This document shows positions 59,199-64,000 of a stretch of DNA of 64,000 nt, piece by piece. This stretch comes from Hadesarchaea archaeon (lineage in GTDB: Archaea > Hadarchaeota > Hadarchaeia > Hadarchaeales > Hadarchaeaceae): positions 10,141 to 74,140 of the forward strand of contig JAUXAS010000001.1 in the NCBI GenBank assembly GCA_030619825.1, given 5' to 3'. Below the pieces are notes generated by a model. The model had not been told where the DNA came from, made no database searches, and saw only the letters and a list, made by a program, of their open reading frames with translations. The translations under genes and the position numbers were made by a program. Each line of letters begins with the position of its first letter. Position 1 is the stretch's first letter.

Positions 59199-59906
59199 AT
59201 GGGAAAAAGATTCGTAAGTGTTGGTCTAAATGACACGTTCACTAAAATTTGGAGCCTTAGGAATAACATAAGACCATTTGTGCACGAGGGAGAATGGACT
59301 AAAAGAGAATGGGCGAGAGGAAGAAACGAATACCTAACTTTCCTGATAAAAATTGATAGCGAAGAGATAGTGGAGAGGATAAGAGATGTCCAAAAGAAAC
59401 TTTCCATTGCCTCGTGCATAGATCCGTTTCCAAGGGAGTACTTTCACATCAGCGTGAAAGGCGGAGGTTTTCTGGTTGGAACTAGAAAATCCAGTGATGA
59501 AATTAATAGGGAGAATGTCGCAAAAATTATGAGCCAAGCCTGTAAAACGTTAGAAGATGTAAAACCATTTAGAGTCTGGCTGAAAAGGCTGAATATTTTT
59601 TCGGATGTAGTTTTCGTGGAAGTTCATGATAGTACCATCAAGAAGATGCATAAATTGCTAAAAGAGCGAATAAATTTTCTTGGTAGTTTTAGGTACGAAG
59701 GAGACTCGTTTATCCCACATTTGAGCATCTGCGGATTCAAAAATGAAAAAGAGTTTGGTAAATTGTTGAAGATACTGGAAAAACTCAGAAATACTTCGTT
59801 CGGTGTTTTTGAGGTAGACTCTTTGGATTTAGTAGTTGCGCACCTTAATCACAAATATCCTATCTTAGAAACTATTCATGTTTATCCACTATTGTCCCCT
59901 AGGTAA
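59199..59906 (+). CDS. 2H phosphoesterase superfamily protein (LigT/2',5'-RNA ligase-like)
   Basis: Two H-x-S/T-x motifs about 80 aa apart (HISVKGGG, HLSICGF). Confidence 0.55.
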   Translation: MGKRFVSVGLNDTFTKIWSLRNNIRPFVHEGEWTKREWARGRNEYLTFLIKIDSEEIVERIRDVQKKLSIASCIDPFPREYFHISVKGGGFLVGTRKSSDEINRENVAKIMSQACKTLEDVKPFRVWLKRLNIFSDVVFVEVHDSTIKKMHKLLKERINFLGSFRYEGDSFIPHLSICGFKNEKEFGKLLKILEKLRNTSFGVFEVDSLDLVVAHLNHKYPILETIHVYPLLSPR

Positions 59907-60008
59907 CCCTTCAGATGCAGTTATTTCCGGAAAACTCCGTAGAAAATGTTCGGATTATCTCTGAAGAACCTAGTGATTCAAATTAAGGCGTCTTCGATAT
60001 CTTGTAAG

Positions 60009-60854
60009 TCAAAAAGCAGAGGAACTAATTTTTGAGGATATCAGAAGGAATTTTCGATGCCATGGAGATGTTTTTCCTTTCAGTTCTATCTGGTGATATC
60101 TTAGGTCATTTTCTATGTCTGTAAAAGTGATAAACTGCGCGGGCGAAAACCCAGCTTTTCTAACCATCCCTTGCGCCTCCTCTTTACTGAAAGAAGCATG
60201 GGTTTCCTTCATCTCCATGTCTTCCATCGGGCTGTTAAAAGACCAAGTCTTCGACACAAAATCCTGTAAATCCCTCCTTTCAATCTCATACAAACCTTTT
60301 CCGAGCTTTTTTATCCAGACACTTCGGAGGAGAAACTTGGACTTGAACTCCAACAAAAGCTGCTCGGTAGGATTAGGAACTTCGATGATGACCCGGCCCT
60401 CTCCGGGATCTATGTGATCGAGCAGGAAGTACCTGCCGTCTGGCTTGAGGGCGTCCCATATCGCGCGAAGTATTTCGCTCATCTGATGGATTGTACCAAA
60501 TTGTTTCACCTCATGTAACATCTGCGAGGTCAGCACGACATCAAACTCCTCGTGAAATTTGAGTTCTTCAGCTTTCGCGCGGATCAATTTTGTATTGGGG
60601 CAGTTTTTCGAAGCATCCTCAAGTCGCTCCTCATTTTCATCGACCCCGACGAGCTTCGGCACGTCTCTGGCGAGCCCCTTGAGTATTTGACCTGAACCGC
60701 AACCGATTTCCAAAAGTGAATCCACGGGCCCCAGCTGGCTGCGAATCGCCTTAACCTTCTCCCTGTTGTATCTGGCCCATCTTTTTTCCATCTTGCTTAA
60801 AAACTCGGCTTCTTCAGGAGAATAAAGCGCGCGCTCTGGATTAACTTGCGACAT
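60009..60854 (-). CDS. class I SAM-dependent methyltransferase
   Basis: Motif I LEIGCGSGQI, motif post-I VGVDENE, LKPDGRYFL. Confidence 0.7.
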   Translation of the reverse strand: MSQVNPERALYSPEEAEFLSKMEKRWARYNREKVKAIRSQLGPVDSLLEIGCGSGQILKGLARDVPKLVGVDENEERLEDASKNCPNTKLIRAKAEELKFHEEFDVVLTSQMLHEVKQFGTIHQMSEILRAIWDALKPDGRYFLLDHIDPGEGRVIIEVPNPTEQLLLEFKSKFLLRSVWIKKLGKGLYEIERRDLQDFVSKTWSFNSPMEDMEMKETHASFSKEEAQGMVRKAGFSPAQFITFTDIENDLRYHQIELKGKTSPWHRKFLLISSKISSSAF

Positions 60855-60989
60855 ATGATTTCACCAAATAAAACATCAGTTATCGCAGTATTAATGAAGC
60901 TATCACATGAACGTGACATTTCGTGTGCCATGAAACCTGATTTAAGTAATTTCAACATTTCGCTGGCAGTAACCCAAAGTTATAGAATT

Positions 60990-62120
60990 TTATTTGAACA
61001 ACGCGTACAAAACCAAGGCAGACCCGACGAGGAAGATACACCCGAATGCAAAAACTGATGGATACCCCGCGAAAGAGATCACAAGACCGGAGAGCCAAGG
61101 ACCGACACTCCCGCCGAGCGTTATGCCGACGGATTCCACGATTGAGATATCCCTCCCAAGCTGCGTTGAAACCCGCCTATAAAAGTGTGGTAACGCGCTG
61201 GCAGCGATGCAATGGGCAAATTCGGCTAGGAAAAGCGCCAGAATTATTAATGGCAGAAATCCCACGAGACCTGCGGAAAGGAAAAGCAATCCGCTTAGAG
61301 ATATGCCGATATAGCAAATTCTCCTAAAATCGTGTCTATCGGTTAACCCTCCCGACAAGAAACCCAAAATGCTTCCGATGTACTGAACCCCCATCACAAC
61401 GCCGACCAGGGTATATGGCAATAAAAGTTCGTTCTTGAGATATAGTGGAAGAGCGAAAACGAGCAGGCTGCTTAAGCCCACTGCATACATGAATCTATGG
61501 AGGATGAACCCCGTGAAGATTTTCGTGAACTTCGGTTTAAACGAGAATTTTTGCGGTTTCACCTTTTCCCCGCTGAGAAAAGCAATTGGCAAAAGTGAGA
61601 TTAGCCCGATGAAGGAGCAAATCAGGAACGAATATCCGAACCCAAATGAATCCACAAATACACCTGCCAAAAACACTCCCGCTGAACCTCCGATGGTCAT
61701 GGATGCGCCGAAGAACCCGTAGCTTCGCCCCATCTCTCGTCTAAATTTTTCGATTACGAAGATCTTTCCAAAAGTCCAAGGAGACCTTCGAGTAGCCATA
61801 TAGAAAAGAATCACAAACAGGGCGAGGAAGAAGAACGGTGGCAAGGCTGCGGCGATGAGGCTTGATAGCACGACGAAAAGACCAAACACTACGAGATAAA
61901 ATTTTCTGCCTATGAGGTCGGAATGAACAAATAACGTGATAAATACAACTGTCGATAGAGCGGTTCCAATTATAAAGACATTTCCGAGCTGGATCTCCGA
62001 GAAACCCACAGAATTGAGGTAAAGCGGAAATAGGAAGCCCATCATCCACGTGGCCATGGACAAAAAGATCCAATGGATTGAAAGCAGGGTTTTCATGCCT
62101 GTCAATTTTCCACCTCGCAT
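60990..62120 (-). CDS. MFS transporter
   Basis: 12-TM MFS topology with an MFS loop motif (DLIGRKF); the start is likely the internal ATG (MKTLLS). Confidence 0.75.
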   Translation of the reverse strand: MRGGKLTGMKTLLSIHWIFLSMATWMMGFLFPLYLNSVGFSEIQLGNVFIIGTALSTVVFITLFVHSDLIGRKFYLVVFGLFVVLSSLIAAALPPFFFLALFVILFYMATRRSPWTFGKIFVIEKFRREMGRSYGFFGASMTIGGSAGVFLAGVFVDSFGFGYSFLICSFIGLISLLPIAFLSGEKVKPQKFSFKPKFTKIFTGFILHRFMYAVGLSSLLVFALPLYLKNELLLPYTLVGVVMGVQYIGSILGFLSGGLTDRHDFRRICYIGISLSGLLFLSAGLVGFLPLIILALFLAEFAHCIAASALPHFYRRVSTQLGRDISIVESVGITLGGSVGPWLSGLVISFAGYPSVFAFGCIFLVGSALVLYALFK

Positions 62121-62185
62121 CGATTAGCTCTACTACGATGAAAAGATTAAAGTTACGCCGGCAAAAGCCATGAGCAGGTAGTGCT

Positions 62186-62599
62186 ATGGCAAGTTGCATA
62201 TTTTGTAAAATTGCAGAAGGCGAAGTAGAGTCTTGGATAGTTTATGAAGATGAGTTAGTCAAAGCTTTTTTTGATATCAATCCTGCAAGCGAGGGACATA
62301 CTTTAATTATTCCTAAGAAACATTATGAAAACATCTATGAAATCCCCGAAAATGTGCTTGAAAGAATAATTATTGTTACAAAGAAACTTGCCATAATTTA
62401 CAAAAAAGCACTTGATGTAAAAGCTGTAAATATTTTGCATGCTTCTGGAAAAGAAGCTCAACAAGACGTTTTTCATTTTCATATTCATCTTGTACCGAGA
62501 TATAAGAATGACAGGTTAAATTTGTGGTATCAATCACAACCTGAAGTTAAAGCAAATTTTGGCAAGATTTTAGAAAAAACAAGGAAATTTATAGATTAG
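62186..62599 (+). CDS. HIT (histidine triad) family hydrolase
   Basis: CIFCKI N-terminus and HFHIHLVPR histidine triad. Confidence 0.85.
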   Translation: MASCIFCKIAEGEVESWIVYEDELVKAFFDINPASEGHTLIIPKKHYENIYEIPENVLERIIIVTKKLAIIYKKALDVKAVNILHASGKEAQQDVFHFHIHLVPRYKNDRLNLWYQSQPEVKANFGKILEKTRKFID

Positions 62600-62649
62600 C
62601 GGAGCCTCGCCCCACCTTTTGTTATAATATTTTCTCTTCATTTGCAACG

Positions 62650-63372
62650 TTATTTTAAAGCTACGAAAAGCGCGAGGCGGTACCATTTCCAAACACACTC
62701 GGCCAGCGAAAACCCTGCTTCCCTTAACCATCCGATTTGCTCATCTACGGTAGCTGGCATATCCCTCTGGCTAGCCCTAAGTTCCCTGTCTTTTTGTTTA
62801 ACTTGTTCGAGAGTTCTTTCGATACCTAGGATATCTTTGGCACGCTGTTGGATTATTTTGCACCATATATCTTCGTACTTTTCTTCAAAAACATCATATC
62901 TCGATTTTACCAGGTCGCCCAAAAGGAAGTAGCCGTTCTGCTCCAGCATCCTATAGATTTGTTTGTACAGAGTTCTTTTGTATCTATCCTGTATGTGGTG
63001 GATCGCGAATAAAGAGGCGACGACATTAAAACTACCCAATGACTTATTCCATCCTCTCTTGCTAAAATCTCTCACTTGGAATGAAACCCTGTCCAAATGA
63101 CTCTTTAATCTTGTCTTGGCAATTTTCAGCATTTCCTTGGCACCGTCAACGCATGTTACAATAGCCTCAGGATACGCCTTCAGTATTTTCTCAGTTAGAA
63201 ATCCAGTCCCAGCCCCCAAATCTAATACAGAAATTTTGGCATCTTTTTTGCAAGGGAACATATTAACAATCGCTTCAGCTATTTCTTCTCTCTTCGGATT
63301 GACAACAAACTGATGTTTATCGTACCATGCCGCCGTTTTCTTCAGATCATAATACGCCTTCCAACTACTCAT
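62650..63372 (-). CDS. class I SAM-dependent methyltransferase
   Basis: VLDLGAGTGFLT motif I, CVDGAKEM post-I. Confidence 0.7.
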   Translation of the reverse strand: MSSWKAYYDLKKTAAWYDKHQFVVNPKREEIAEAIVNMFPCKKDAKISVLDLGAGTGFLTEKILKAYPEAIVTCVDGAKEMLKIAKTRLKSHLDRVSFQVRDFSKRGWNKSLGSFNVVASLFAIHHIQDRYKRTLYKQIYRMLEQNGYFLLGDLVKSRYDVFEEKYEDIWCKIIQQRAKDILGIERTLEQVKQKDRELRASQRDMPATVDEQIGWLREAGFSLAECVWKWYRLALFVALK

Positions 63373-63460
63373 ACTGACCCCTTAAAGACACTATTTTAAA
63401 AACCATCCCTATTTACTTAAGCCTCTAAACTTGCCTTTTGCGGACGGATGTTCTCACTTC

Positions 63461-64000
63461 TCATCTTCCTTTAATTGATTCGGCGATCAATCTGATGAAT
63501 TCTTCACGCCGTTTGCTAGGTACGCCTCCTCCCGCGGCGTAGGGATGTCCTCCTCCTTCCCCTCCAAGCTCTCGACAAACCTTCCCAACTACTTTGCCTA
63601 GATCAATAGGCACATCCCATCTCCTAATGGCAAACACAACTTTTCCTTTTTCATCCCAAGCTTCGCTCATTACCATTGCGACCTTATTCCTCCTTGAAAG
63701 TTTCTCAGCTATTAACCCACCAAAGCCGTGTGTTTCCTTTAGGTAGATCGCGGAAAACGTAGGAGTCACTTGTACCCCTGCTTTCTTTGCTGTTTTCAGA
63801 ACCTGTTCAAACTTCTTTTTGCCTTCATGCCCTTCTTTGATCACATCCGGTATTTGGTTAATCCTCAAACCCCTAGCCAACAGCTTGGCAACACGGATCT
63901 TGAAATCATCATCAGTTATCTTGTGGCGAAGTGCAAAAGTGAAAAGTTCTGCTTCCTCGCGATATTTCGGAACGTCAATAAGGTAATCGCACTGGGCGCC
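63461..64000 (-). CDS. DHH-family protein, C-terminal DHHA1 part (N-terminus beyond window end)
   Basis: GGEGGGHPYAAGG DHHA1 motif; the reading frame stays open upstream of the annotated TTG (…DYLIDVPKYREEAELFTFALRHKITDDDFKIRVAKL…) to the window edge. Confidence 0.6.
   Translation of the reverse strand, partial: GAQCDYLIDVPKYREEAELFTFALRHKITDDDFKIRVAKLLARGLRINQIPDVIKEGHEGKKKFEQVLKTAKKAGVQVTPTFSAIYLKETHGFGGLIAEKLSRRNKVAMVMSEAWDEKGKVVFAIRRWDVPIDLGKVVGKVCRELGGEGGGHPYAAGGGVPSKRREEFIRLIAESIKGR

Overview
Archaeal (euryarchaeal-type) chromosomal segment, about 58% GC, densely packed with housekeeping genes. Content by region:

- **Start of window:** ribosomal S24e/S27ae, the WtpABC tungstate/molybdate ABC transporter, a TRAM protein, KEOPS Kae1 and Bud32 with Ham1 and S15, and two tandem RecJ-like DHH nucleases.
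- **10-22 kb:** Clp1 kinase and a Pcc1 paralogue, SerRS, S3Ae, GlmM/GlmU, a YchF-type GTPase, a B12-radical-SAM protein, a 2-hydroxyacid dehydrogenase and L15e.
- **22-29 kb:** the classical archaeal exosome/proteasome superoperon (DUF54, Pop5, PsmA, SBDS, Rrp4, Rrp41, Rrp42, L37Ae, RpoP, Brix, Pcc1, prefoldin beta), followed by a DHH phosphoesterase and Taw1.
- **32-45 kb:** SepRS (O-phosphoseryl-tRNA synthetase), two xylose-isomerase-fold paralogues (one low-GC), endonuclease V, a ComC-like Ldh_2 dehydrogenase, a Nox/CoADR oxidoreductase, PGK and a bacterial-type GAPDH.
- **45-52 kb:** an archaeal riboflavin cluster (ribK-ribB-ribC-ribH-arfB), diphthine synthase, a tRNA-Lys(CUU) that appears to carry two non-canonical introns, GGPP synthase and a tungsten aldehyde:ferredoxin oxidoreductase.
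- **52-57 kb:** a Lon-like protease, an S2P protease, TraB and a RibD-type reductase.
- **After 56.9 kb:** an intron-containing tRNA-His(GUG), after which GC drops to about 40% in an island carrying arsM, LysE, MFS, HIT, a 2H phosphoesterase and two methyltransferases.

The most unusual locus is at 36.8-39.5 kb. It holds a zinc-ribbon protein, a winged-helix-fused archaeo-eukaryotic primase-polymerase, an unknown protein and an orphan Cas2-like protein, with no Cas1 or CRISPR array. Four copies of a palindromic GTGTC(T/C)(C/T)AAATAGGAC motif punctuate this locus and a low-GC membrane-protein cassette. Other oddities:

- two paralogous ~135-160-nt elements with a covarying 10-bp terminal helix;
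- a triplicated ~65-nt tRNA-3'-half-like intergenic repeat;
- four DHH-family proteins in one window.

No CRISPR array, transposase or integrase was seen.
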